Both the position numbers and the translations under genes were made by a program. A DNA stretch of 64,000 nucleotides, from positions 357,272 through 421,271 of the forward strand of contig JBGAHS010000009.1 in assembly GCA_044226015.1 (NCBI GenBank), given 5' to 3'. The DNA comes from Candidatus Obscuribacteraceae bacterium. GTDB lineage: Bacteria > Cyanobacteriota > Vampirovibrionia > Obscuribacterales > Obscuribacteraceae. Below are positions 53,999 to 63,208 of this stretch, one piece after another. Position 1 is the first letter of the stretch; each line of letters starts with the position of its first letter. The notes beneath the pieces were generated by a model. That model did no database searches. It saw only the letters and a program-made list of their open reading frames with translations, and was not told the DNA's origin.

Positions 53999-54385
53999 AT
54001 GACGCCACATGTTCTAATACTTTATACCGGATGGCTAATCTTAAGTGCGCTGGTCATAAGAAATCGCCTTGAAAAAAAATGCAAGGAGGCTACGCTTTCT
54101 TCCTCAAATTACTACTACATCTCATTATGCGCCGCGTTGGGCATCGCTGTGATGCTCACATATTGGCTGCGAGATTCAATAGAATGGTACCAATTGGTTA
54201 TCACTTTGATATTTCTAGCGTGGTCACCAGTTTCACTAGCTGTGATTTTCCGCACTCCGCGGCAGTTACTGATTTTACCTGTTGGCAGCATCATCCTTCC
54301 CATCCTCTGGCGTGGTTATTGTGTTTTTAATACCGCACCTGGACGAGCTGCCTATTTATGGCTTCTGGTTTTTTCCTTTTTTTGA
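53999..54385 (+). CDS. Small multi-TM protein (possibly 5'-truncated by IS3)
   Basis: Several hydrophobic helices; AT-rich. Confidence 0.55.
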   Translation: MTPHVLILYTGWLILSALVIRNRLEKKCKEATLSSSNYYYISLCAALGIAVMLTYWLRDSIEWYQLVITLIFLAWSPVSLAVIFRTPRQLLILPVGSIILPILWRGYCVFNTAPGRAAYLWLLVFSFF

Positions 54386-54625
54386 GCGCCGTAGCAACAT
54401 ATTCTGAAGCAAAAAAAATCCCAAAAAAAACTACAAGCGAAACTTCCAGTTAGTTCCCTTCAAATTGTATAGCGTGTTATTTCTCACAATCACATTTGAT
54501 TGATTTATCGAATTTCTCAGTCCATTTGAATTCTTGATGGATTGTACGTTTTAGTTCGGGAAAAGTACGAATTCCAAATCAGACAATTGAATCATTTGAG
54601 GCAAAACGTGTTCTGATTTATCCAC

Positions 54626-54952
54626 CTATTTTATTCGATTCTTAATGCAACCCACATGCATAAGCTTGTAGCGCCCATTATGTTTTTGACCAGACCACCA
54701 GCCAAAATTCCCGATTTCGATTGGTTTGCAGCAGACGACGCATTCATTTGGCCACCCCTTGCTTCTCCATCTGGCGAGTGTTGAAAACGGTACGCCATGA
54801 CACTTAGCTGTGTATTCTAAATTTGATAAACCAGTTAACTCGGCCGCCTTTGATGCGTGCTCAGATGCAATCACTGCACTAAACAAAGACTGAGCCTTTT
54901 CTGGAGTGATTTCTCTTCTGTTGATTGCATCAATTAGATCGCGTTTTTTCAT
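54626..54952 (-). CDS. Putative immunity protein for the colicin E3-like toxin
   Basis: TAATG 1-nt overlap with the toxin stop; CVVC motif and terminal HVGC. Confidence 0.7.
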   Translation of the reverse strand: MKKRDLIDAINRREITPEKAQSLFSAVIASEHASKAAELTGLSNLEYTAKCHGVPFSTLARWRSKGWPNECVVCCKPIEIGNFGWWSGQKHNGRYKLMHVGCIKNRIK

Positions 54953-55524
54953 TAGGGGCTTATTGTTCTTCCAGGGACGGCAGGTTTATACATTGCTCCA
55001 GTAATAGCGTGCATCGATCCAAGATGATTACCTCTACTATCATAAACCTCAATGTCCCCGTGCGTGTTATCCCATTGGTAGAACTGTCTATTGCTACCCG
55101 TTCCTGAACTTCTTGTCTTACCCTTGTAAACGGACAGCCCCTGCCAAATTGGACTCTCAGCTTTAGTTATTCTTGGTGCCCGGCCGCCGCCACCAAATGT
55201 CCCCCTGCAACTTCGTGCTGGAGTCGTTGCTTTCGGAATCAAGTTACCGAATCTCTGCATTACTTTTGCAGACGGTAGGGTTCCCGCTGTCCCTAATACG
55301 AGGTCGGTCAGTCCCATGTAAAAACCTAGCTCAGCATTTTGCACGAATTGTGCGCCGGTTGCCGGATTTGTGTTGCCACCTAATTGTTCGAGGAACCACC
55401 TCATCTGCTTAAGTTCCCTCTGCGGATCAAGGGGATCGCTAATCGGAACATCGTTTATGGACTCTGTGACTGATTGCAAACCTGATGGATCAACGAAGAA
55501 AATAGGATCATTTTCGACATAGCC
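54952..55524 (-). pseudogene. Rhs cassette 2, 3' part: colicin E3-like (Cytotoxic) rRNase CT
   Basis: VDPSGL boundary; FYQWDNTHGDIEVYDSRGNHLG matches the ColE3 WDxxHxxxE active site; separated from its core by IS66. Confidence 0.88.
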
Positions 55525-55694
55525 GTATCCGTCCGAGGTGGAGCGTGGTAGAGGCATCTGCGCAAAAATGATTTGATAAAGAAGTTCGCGACAAGAGTAC
55601 CGAAGTGATTGACTGTTGTCGGAACAAACAAGCATTAGCAAAGAATCGAAGCCGGTTCAGGAATCGTGCGATTCTGGTTTGGTTAAGGAATGGG

Positions 55695-56270
55695 ATGAGA
55701 AAGAAACGAAGGGTGGATCCCGAAAGGGAGCGATACTGGCGCGAGATATTGAAGAAATTTCAAGCGAGCCAACTGCCATTCAAAAAGTTTTGCGCAATTG
55801 AAAACATATCGCCAAATACATTTCAATTTTGGCGAGCAGAACTCCGCAGGCGCGATGAAGAAAAAGGACTCGAATCAGAAATAAGCATCGGGGAGAACCG
55901 CCCCTCACAACTTAAATCCCGAACCAAATATTGGACTCAAATCTTTTCTGACTTGGAGCAATATCGTGGCAGCATTAGGGATTTCTGCAAAGAGCATGGG
56001 ATTACCAGTGGTTCCTTGCACTACTGGCAGACCAAGCTCGGACGAAGACCGGCGCAAACTGGGCAAGCAGTTCAGCCCCCAGCCTTCATTCCAGTGGAGA
56101 TATCGGGTAACTCCCCACCGTCTTCGGAACCAGTAAAGTCTCTCGACGAAACGATTCTAGTAACACTAATCGATGGCACATGCATTTCTTGTAGCAATAC
56201 CGCATCAGTGGATCTAATCGTGCGACTAATTAACGGATTACGTAACAGCAAACCTGTCGAGCATAAATAG
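55695..56270 (+). CDS. tnpA: IS66 TnpA (two HTH repeats)
   Basis: YW...FC..E.I....F/L..W motif present twice; PAFIPVEI. Confidence 0.85.
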   Translation: MRKKRRVDPERERYWREILKKFQASQLPFKKFCAIENISPNTFQFWRAELRRRDEEKGLESEISIGENRPSQLKSRTKYWTQIFSDLEQYRGSIRDFCKEHGITSGSLHYWQTKLGRRPAQTGQAVQPPAFIPVEISGNSPPSSEPVKSLDETILVTLIDGTCISCSNTASVDLIVRLINGLRNSKPVEHK

Positions 56271-56285
56271 AACGGAGAATTCAAA

Positions 56286-56702
56286 GTGTTTCAACTTACT
56301 CCAGCCACTCGCATTTTTGTTTGCACAAAACCAGCCGACATGAGGCGTTCGTTTGATGGGTTGCTTGAACTTGCACGCAATCACTTCGCTGAAGACCCAT
56401 ATTCCGGAAGCCTGTTCATCTTTCACGGAGGGCGTAGCAAATTCATCAAGATATTGTGGTGGGACCTGGATGGCTGGGCTATTTATTCTAAGCGGCTTGA
56501 GTCTGGAACTTTCCAATTTCCAGAAGTTAAGTTCGTCAATGGGGAGTACGAACCAGTTCAAATTGAGCGCGCGGATCTGATCATGCTTCTTGAAGGAATA
56601 GACACTGCCTCTGTAAAACGGCTAAAACGATATCGCCAACCTCACCGGGATCGAAAGGCTGGGACTACCCCAAAAGTACTTGTGAAAACTCTGGCTCGCT
56701 GA
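56286..56702 (+). CDS. tnpB: IS66 accessory protein TnpB
   Basis: DMRRSFDGL, KILWWD, KRLESGTF. Confidence 0.93.
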   Translation: MFQLTPATRIFVCTKPADMRRSFDGLLELARNHFAEDPYSGSLFIFHGGRSKFIKILWWDLDGWAIYSKRLESGTFQFPEVKFVNGEYEPVQIERADLIMLLEGIDTASVKRLKRYRQPHRDRKAGTTPKVLVKTLAR

Positions 56703-56901
56703 AAATTGCCTATTCATAAGCTTTTGACGAAACGAGGAGTGAAACATAATATAACGATATCAGAACCTGAATTGCAACGTCTCGATATTTTAGCCACCAG
56801 ATATGATGGCTAAATGAAATCTCGCTGATCTCCTCAAATTGATTGCTGCCTCCTCTGTCCTTTAGATACATCATGGATCATAATTAGGCAATCAGCCGAA
56901 G

Positions 56902-58476
56902 GTGCTCGCATTGCCAGAATCCGAACCAGAAATCGAATCAGACTTCAAACAGCTCTTCCAAGCCGAGCGCGAAAAAAATGAGCTACTAAAAAAACAGCTT
57001 TCAGAGATGCAAAAAACTCTGCAGACTGCTCTCGAAGGCAACGCAGAACTCTTGCGCCAGCTTTCACAGGTCCAAGAGAAACTAGACTTGCTAATTGCAA
57101 AAAAGAAAAATAGAGATCGGAGTCAATTCGGCAGCAAATCAGAAGGAAGAAATCCTAGACCAGCGCCGACAGTTTCGGACCGTAGACAACGAAATGATGA
57201 CGAGCTGGTTCGAGACACAGCGTTGGCCGATCTTCCCGTTGATGAAATCACGCAGCACCTGGTTCCCGATAGTGAGAGAATTTGCCCTAACTGTAACGTC
57301 GAAACAAAATTCGTTTGCAACAAAGTCACCCACGAACTTGAAACCATACTTCGTTCGTTGAAGCACATCGAGCACCAGCAGGAAACAAGAGCGTGCCCAA
57401 AATGCAAACAGTATATTCGTAAAGCCCATAAGCCCGAACTGCCAATTCCTGGCAGTTACGCTGGTCCTACTCTTCTGGCGCAAATTGTCAGCGACAAGGT
57501 TGAATACGGTTTGCCAAACTTCAGACAAGAGAAAAAGTTTGCTCGGGATTCTATTCCGATTCCTCGCTCTACACAGTGCGACTGGTTCATCGCATTGTCG
57601 CTGGCAGTTGAACCTCTCTACGAATTGATCAAACGCGAGATTCTGAAATCCAGAGTAGTACAAACCGATGAAACCCAAATCAAAGTTCAAGACCGAACTC
57701 CCAGCAACATGAAAAAGATTCGGAGAAGCAAAATGATTGTGTGCCGCGGCGACACCTCGCATAAGCTTGTGGCTTTCCTCTATTCGAAGTCACTTAATTT
57801 CCAAGTAAACAAAGATTTCTTCAAAGGCTACTTTGGCATCATTCAAGCTGATGCGGCCAGTGGTTTCGATGCCCTGTTCGAGAAGGATGAACTCGGTAAT
57901 GGCGCCACTGAAGCTGGCTGCAACACACACGCCAGGCGCAGAATCTTCAACGCTCAAATCATGGAATTGGAGATTGCGGGAAAGATGCTCGACATTTACG
58001 AGCGCATTTACAAAATTGAGAAACGGGGAAAGAAGCTGAGCCCGGATGCCAGACTCGCGCTTCGCCGAAGATTCTCGAAGCCATTGATGAGAGAGCTTCG
58101 GCACATTCACTCTAAAAACAAGAAATTGTTTTCGCCCAGCCATCTTTTGGCCGAGGCTGCTAACTATTCTTTGAATCACTGGAGAGCTCTTACGCGCTTT
58201 CTTAAAAATCCGGAGATCGAAGTCGATAACAATGCCTCGGAACGCGAAATCAAACAATTCGTTTTGTCTAGAAAGAACTTCCTGTTTGCGGGGTCTGAAG
58301 CAGGAGCCAAAGCCCTTGCAATACACTTCACACTGATAGCCTCGGCAAAGCGGAATGGATTGAACCCCGTTGAATACTTGGCTGATGTCTTCGCCAAGAT
58401 CAATCAGACAAAGTTGTCTGAGATTGATCAATTCCTTCCGGATCGTTGGAAGAAAGCCACGAGCTTCATCACTTAG
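56902..58476 (+). CDS. tnpC: IS66 DDE transposase TnpC
   Basis: Leucine zipper, FGSKSE, CPNC/CPKC, DET, CNTHARR, DNNASER. Confidence 0.95.
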   Translation: MLALPESEPEIESDFKQLFQAEREKNELLKKQLSEMQKTLQTALEGNAELLRQLSQVQEKLDLLIAKKKNRDRSQFGSKSEGRNPRPAPTVSDRRQRNDDELVRDTALADLPVDEITQHLVPDSERICPNCNVETKFVCNKVTHELETILRSLKHIEHQQETRACPKCKQYIRKAHKPELPIPGSYAGPTLLAQIVSDKVEYGLPNFRQEKKFARDSIPIPRSTQCDWFIALSLAVEPLYELIKREILKSRVVQTDETQIKVQDRTPSNMKKIRRSKMIVCRGDTSHKLVAFLYSKSLNFQVNKDFFKGYFGIIQADAASGFDALFEKDELGNGATEAGCNTHARRRIFNAQIMELEIAGKMLDIYERIYKIEKRGKKLSPDARLALRRRFSKPLMRELRHIHSKNKKLFSPSHLLAEAANYSLNHWRALTRFLKNPEIEVDNNASEREIKQFVLSRKNFLFAGSEAGAKALAIHFTLIASAKRNGLNPVEYLADVFAKINQTKLSEIDQFLPDRWKKATSFIT

Positions 58477-58572
58477 CAAACTGTCAATCATCACAAACTC
58501 AGTATCACTAACACAATAGTGATCTCATATTTTCACGGAGGTTAACAACCACGTCCCGTGGCGGACGGATAC

Positions 58573-59215
58573 ACATAGCCATATAAATTCATGCCAGCGG
58601 TTTCTCCCAGCGGATCTCTGCTCAGCCAGCGACCCAAGCTTGGGTTATATTGCCTGAACCAGGTCAGTACGAGATTCGTGCGTGAGTGCTGATAGATTCC
58701 GGTAAATCCAAAGGCGGGCTTGAATGTGCCTGACAGTACAGACCTGTTTCCGTATGGGTCGAATCCAAATGCAGCTAGCACATTGCCACTACTATCGGTG
58801 ATTTCTCGCACTGAACCGAGATGATCGAATGCGTAAAAATAATTCGAACCTGAAGTAGCTTGTCCTATTCCACAGAAGCGGCTTACTACGGCATTGCTGC
58901 TATCACGTTCTTCGCAGCGTTCAGAACCGCACCAGACAAAATTCTTTGTCGCATTGCCGCTATAGCTCGGCGTGCTGCCGTTTTCCTGAATCTGAACGCA
59001 CCTGTCCATCGGATCATACGCAAACTGCGTGTTATTGCCTGTTCCTGGATAGGAAATTTGGATGAGTCGATCTTCAGCATCCCAGGCGTATGCATCGGTT
59101 CCGTTGTCCAGCAAATTGCCCTTTTCGTCGTAAGAAAGGGTTTCTTTGCTGCCGCTATTTTGTCGATGCCCCGAGCAAAAAGCGAATACGAAAGATCGCT
59201 ATGCAATGACACCAT
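58573..59215 (-). pseudogene. Rhs cassette 2, 5' part (core)
   Basis: Near-identical to the cassette 1 core; 1-nt deletion in the A-run near 59158-59161; cut by IS66. Confidence 0.88.
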
Positions 59216-59255
59216 TTGCGGTGCAGCAATGGTACTGATGCATCTGAAGTTCAGT
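59167..59255. repeat. 89-bp cassette leader, copy 2
   Basis: Matches 53728-53816. Confidence 0.9.
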
Positions 59256-59594
59256 TACCGAAGAAGCTTTCTGCAACACCAAGATGCACACGAAGGAGAA
59301 AAACATCAACCCTAAACTGAGTAACACTATCTGTTGCCGGCGAACTTGCGATTAAATGCAGCACCACTTTTAGTATCATTCATTTCCTCGAAGTGAAGTG
59401 GCTTGGAGTGCCACATAAGCATAGCTTCAGAAGTAGGCGCTGTGTTGCACTTCGGGAAGACGTAAATGATGCGAGATTGAATTATCCAGTCGTTTTGCTC
59501 TCTGCATTCAGAAAATCTCAACCAGACAACATCAAGTCCGCGATTGAAGAGCCTTCGGAAGTTCTTTGGCACATTGAAATGTAAAGACAGATCG

Positions 59595-60086
59595 TTATTC
59601 TTTTAGCTTCTGCTCTTTAATCGGCTCCAGTGAAATAATTTGGGCTGTACTGATATCCCCATGCTCGACTACTTTTTCCAAAGAAAGACATGATTGCGAT
59701 TCTATCTTCTTCACCCTTAGTGTGGGCTTCGAAACGGCTTGTTTCCCTCTTCGAAATATCATTAGAGCTGGCCCGACAAGCGCACAACAAACCAGGAAAG
59801 GAACGTGTTCTAGTTCTGCTTCTAAGATTCGAAGTATTTTGGCGTAGTCACCCAATGCCAAAGCGTTTTGATAGGTGCCGTTACTAAGAACGCATGGTCC
59901 ACCTGAAATTTGCAAGATGTACTTGTCTCTCTTGTAGTGAGCGCTATCTTGCCCAAATTTCAAATGCCAGTATACGAAATCGGAATATTGAACGAATATA
60001 ATGGCAATTCCCACGCCCAACCCTAAGACTGCAAGCAGCAGAACCTTGAAACGGAGCTGATTAGTCCAAACTTTTAAGTTAGTCAT
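59595..60086 (-). CDS. Two-TM protein, orphan paralog of 52096-52572
   Basis: PFLVCCALVGPA vs PFLVCCASVGPA; EHGDISTAQ vs EHVDISSAQ. Confidence 0.7.
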   Translation of the reverse strand: MTNLKVWTNQLRFKVLLLAVLGLGVGIAIIFVQYSDFVYWHLKFGQDSAHYKRDKYILQISGGPCVLSNGTYQNALALGDYAKILRILEAELEHVPFLVCCALVGPALMIFRRGKQAVSKPTLRVKKIESQSCLSLEKVVEHGDISTAQIISLEPIKEQKLKE

Positions 60087-60407
60087 GATTATCCCATTCG
60101 GCTGGCGGCTTGCAGCATTGATATCGCCTGTCACGCCTATGATTACAGACAACATAGCACAGGTGCCAAAAATCGCAAAGGTATTAGGAACAAATAGAGG
60201 ACCAGAATGTCTATGGAAAGCCAGTATTCATCAGCTCCGGCATTGACAGCACAAGGCAGCAGTTCTAGAATGCAAGAATAGAACCTTTGCCGAGATATCC
60301 TATTTGCAGAAGTTCATTGGCTCAGTACAAGACAGTTTATATGTTCCTGACAGTTATTTAGCTCCACCACAGAGGACAAGTGCAAAACAGCAAATCTTCT
60401 GAGGTAG

Positions 60408-61265
60408 TTAGTTGTCTGTGGGTTTTGCTTTGTGTTTTTCGCTAGATTCACAAAAGCAATTGAGGAGCCAATAGAGCAATCTTGCTTCAAGCTCATCCAC
60501 AGAAGGTGTAATACATCCAATTCTAGGCAAGATGTTTTCGATAGCCGCTTTCTGTGAATCTGCACATTTGTCGTAGAGAGTCATCGCTCTTAGGGCCTTG
60601 TCATACTTAGAGTGAATTAGGGGGCCTTGAATTGAGTCTAGAAGTGGAACTTGCTGAATCAACGAAGCCGCTAACTTGTCATTCTCAACACTAACGCTTG
60701 TATTTAGCACTAGGAATGCTGAACCATCTTTGTCCATTGTCATTCCACAATGTGAATTCACAACAAAAGTCTCGAAAATCCAATTGAATTGTTTATCCAA
60801 CCACTGTCTTTCACTCAGTAGACACTTTGATACCGTTTCTGGATTTTGCCTGCAAAGAAGGCTGAACTCTGACTCGTTTAAATCAGAAACGTAAGCGAAT
60901 GCCAAGCAAGCACTGGAGAATACTTGGTGACCAAGGAAATAAATCAGCTTGAACAACGCCGTGGTTCTGGATTCATGGATGCTAATGCTTTCAAGTATTG
61001 CATCAACTTCTATTTTTGACCCACCATCACCGTCCCACTTAGTCAGCCCAGAATGTTCTTGTCTTGCGGCTGTTAGTGCCGCTAACGAGTCCCAGAACAA
61101 CTCGGATGTCGAGCACAACTCTGAAGTTAACATTTTGCAGTTCCATAACTCTTCCGCAACTGGGCTGTGTTGTTTGGCAGGATCAGGAAAGAGGTTTGCA
61201 AGCTCAAGTATGAAACTTGAGACTCTCTTGAAAAATTCTCGGTCGCAAGTGGTCCCTTTTTTCAT
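60408..61265 (-). CDS. Putative immunity protein for Rhs cassette 3
   Basis: ATG 11 nt after the toxin stop; long helical ORF. Confidence 0.65.
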   Translation of the reverse strand: MKKGTTCDREFFKRVSSFILELANLFPDPAKQHSPVAEELWNCKMLTSELCSTSELFWDSLAALTAARQEHSGLTKWDGDGGSKIEVDAILESISIHESRTTALFKLIYFLGHQVFSSACLAFAYVSDLNESEFSLLCRQNPETVSKCLLSERQWLDKQFNWIFETFVVNSHCGMTMDKDGSAFLVLNTSVSVENDKLAASLIQQVPLLDSIQGPLIHSKYDKALRAMTLYDKCADSQKAAIENILPRIGCITPSVDELEARLLYWLLNCFCESSEKHKAKPTDN

Positions 61266-61276
61266 TTCTACATCAA

Positions 61277-62493
61277 TTAGTTTTTCCAGAAGTTGATAGG
61301 TACTCCATTTGGATGATAGATCCCAGTCCATCCCAATTTCTCTATCATAATAGCACCATCATCTCTGAGCTTTGCAAACTGTTTGTTCTTGTTGAAAAAG
61401 TCCAGTGCGCCTTGATGGTAGTCGGCCGCATCAAAATAGCCAGCTTTCTCTCCGTGCTTCTCGAATTTCTTGAGCAAATGCTCGGGGTCATCGAAAGATC
61501 CATGGTGACCAAGATCTCCACCCCCTGAGCAAGACTCCCCACCGCCAACACTTCCCATCGATGCCATCCAGTTGGATAATACGATGATTCCGTTGGCCAT
61601 GGCTCCACCGGCCGCTCTGCCGCCGACCCAACCAGCCCCCGCACCTGCCGCCGCCGCCGCCGGTATTACAACAAGTTCGCCGGGTCCTGATGGTACGCCC
61701 AGAAGTCCACCAAGCCCGCCGCCTCCGAGACCACCAATGATGAATCCAACTGCACCCATATTATTCTCGAAGCTTTGTCGCACCTGCTTTCTTGCTCAGG
61801 GCTCATCAGACCTAGTGGGTCTCTTCTAGAAATCTGATTATTCCCGGCATAACCATACAAATTGAGTCCTGAACTCTCGCCCAGCGGATCGCGGCTCAGC
61901 CAGCGGCCGAGGCTTGGGTTGTATTGCCTGAACCAGGTCAAAGCCAGATTTGTGCGTGAGTGCTGATAGATTCCGGTAAATCCAAAGGCGGGCTTGAATG
62001 TGCCTGACAGTACAGACTTGTTTCCGTATGGGTCGAATCCAAATGCAGCTAGCACATTGCCACTACTGTCGGTGACTTCTCGCACTGAACCGAGATGATC
62101 GAATGCGTAAAAATAATTCGAACCTGAGGTCGCTTGTCCCATTCCACAGAAGCGGCTTACTACGGCATTGCTGCTATCGCGTTCTTCGCAGCGTTCAGCA
62201 CCGCACCAGACAAAATGCTTTGTCGCATTGCCGCTATAGCTCGGCGTACTGCCGCTTTCCTGAATCTGAACGCACCTGTCCATCTGATCATACGAAAACT
62301 GCGTGTTATTGCCTGTTCCTGGATAGGTAATTTGGATGAGTCGATCCTCAGCATCCCAGGCGTAAGCATTGGTTCCGTCGTCCAGCAAATTGCCTTTTTC
62401 GTCGTAAGAAAAGGTTTTACTGCTGGCGCTATTTTTGTCGACTGCAGGAAAAAGGCGCCCAAAGAAATATCCTGAGCAGTCAGAAGTAGCCAT
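61277..62493 (-). pseudogene. Orphan Rhs cassette 3, frameshifted: Gly-zipper plus putative RNase CT
   Basis: Core ends RDPLGL; the CT continues in another frame after ~61772; LLKKFEKHG...DYHQGALDFF. Confidence 0.8.
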
Positions 62494-62755
62494 CTAGCTC
62501 TTTGTCGTCGCTTTTGAAAGCACAAGACGCCTGAATGTGAGAAACAGAAACATTGTATTTGGGAGTAATAGGGGAATGGACACAACTAACGAACAGATGG
62601 TTGTGAGTGCGACGGATGCGTCACGCATTTCGCATCGTTATGTTCCGCAGCGGTTAAATTGCTGTTTTAAGGTGCCGCTGCCGTTGGTGCTCTCAACCAC
62701 TGCGGCTTGAAGCGATTGACATTCAAATTGAATTCAAGAAAGAGCTATGTCTTCC

Positions 62756-63184
62756 TTATTTCATATCATTTAATCCCTCACATAATTTTTCGAAAAGACC
62801 GAGTGATTCTTTGTAAAGATCTAGCTTTTGCTGAAGGTTTGATATTTGAAAATCGGCTTTTCTGTTCAACCTACATTGTTCATTGCCAAGCTGAATTATT
62901 TTTTCTGCAATCTCATGTATTTGGTTCCATGGGACAAGAAAACTGTCCCACCTTACCCCTCCTGGTGTTAATTTATATATGCTCGTGTGACCGCAGCAAT
63001 CAAAGATGCCGCAACTGCCAAGCAACCTTATCTTCGCATTTGGCTTTCGAATGGCAGAAAACAAATCGTCGAGCAAAACAAAATACTCGGGGTCAGGATA
63101 AAAATCTCCGTTGAAAGAGACCCTCGCAAGCAAGTTTTCACCCACCAATTTTGCGGCATCTATTCCGATTTCTATGTTGTCCAT
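62756..63184 (-). CDS. Putative immunity protein for Rhs cassette 4
   Basis: Small ORF 24 nt after the toxin stop. Confidence 0.7.
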   Translation of the reverse strand: MDNIEIGIDAAKLVGENLLARVSFNGDFYPDPEYFVLLDDLFSAIRKPNAKIRLLGSCGIFDCCGHTSIYKLTPGGVRWDSFLVPWNQIHEIAEKIIQLGNEQCRLNRKADFQISNLQQKLDLYKESLGLFEKLCEGLNDMK

Positions 63185-63208
63185 TGCTTTATCTCTTCCG
63201 AATAGAAA

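Larger units (their letters stand above)
55525..58572 (+). mobile_element. Complete IS66-family element (3048 bp)
   Basis: Terminal IR GTATCCGTCCG/CGGACGGATAC; 8-bp TSD ACATAGCC at 55517-55524 and 58573-58580; tnpA-B-C. Confidence 0.96.

Noticed and set aside
59327..59584. Short ORFs between the TM paralog and leader copy 2
   Set aside because: No SD or recognisable motif; probably a degraded remnant
61266..61331. Longer start for the cassette 3 immunity gene
   Set aside because: It would overlap the toxin end by 55 bp; ATG 61265 fits the usual toxin-immunity spacing
53420..62475. Recurrent plus-strand ORFs beginning MSHSTEAAYYG
   Set aside because: Antisense shadows of the repeated Rhs core
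62584..62643. attC-like site (taac...gttatgt hairpin) between cassettes
   Set aside because: The R'' box does not fit RYYYAAC, no equivalent is seen at the other cassettes, and no integrase is visible
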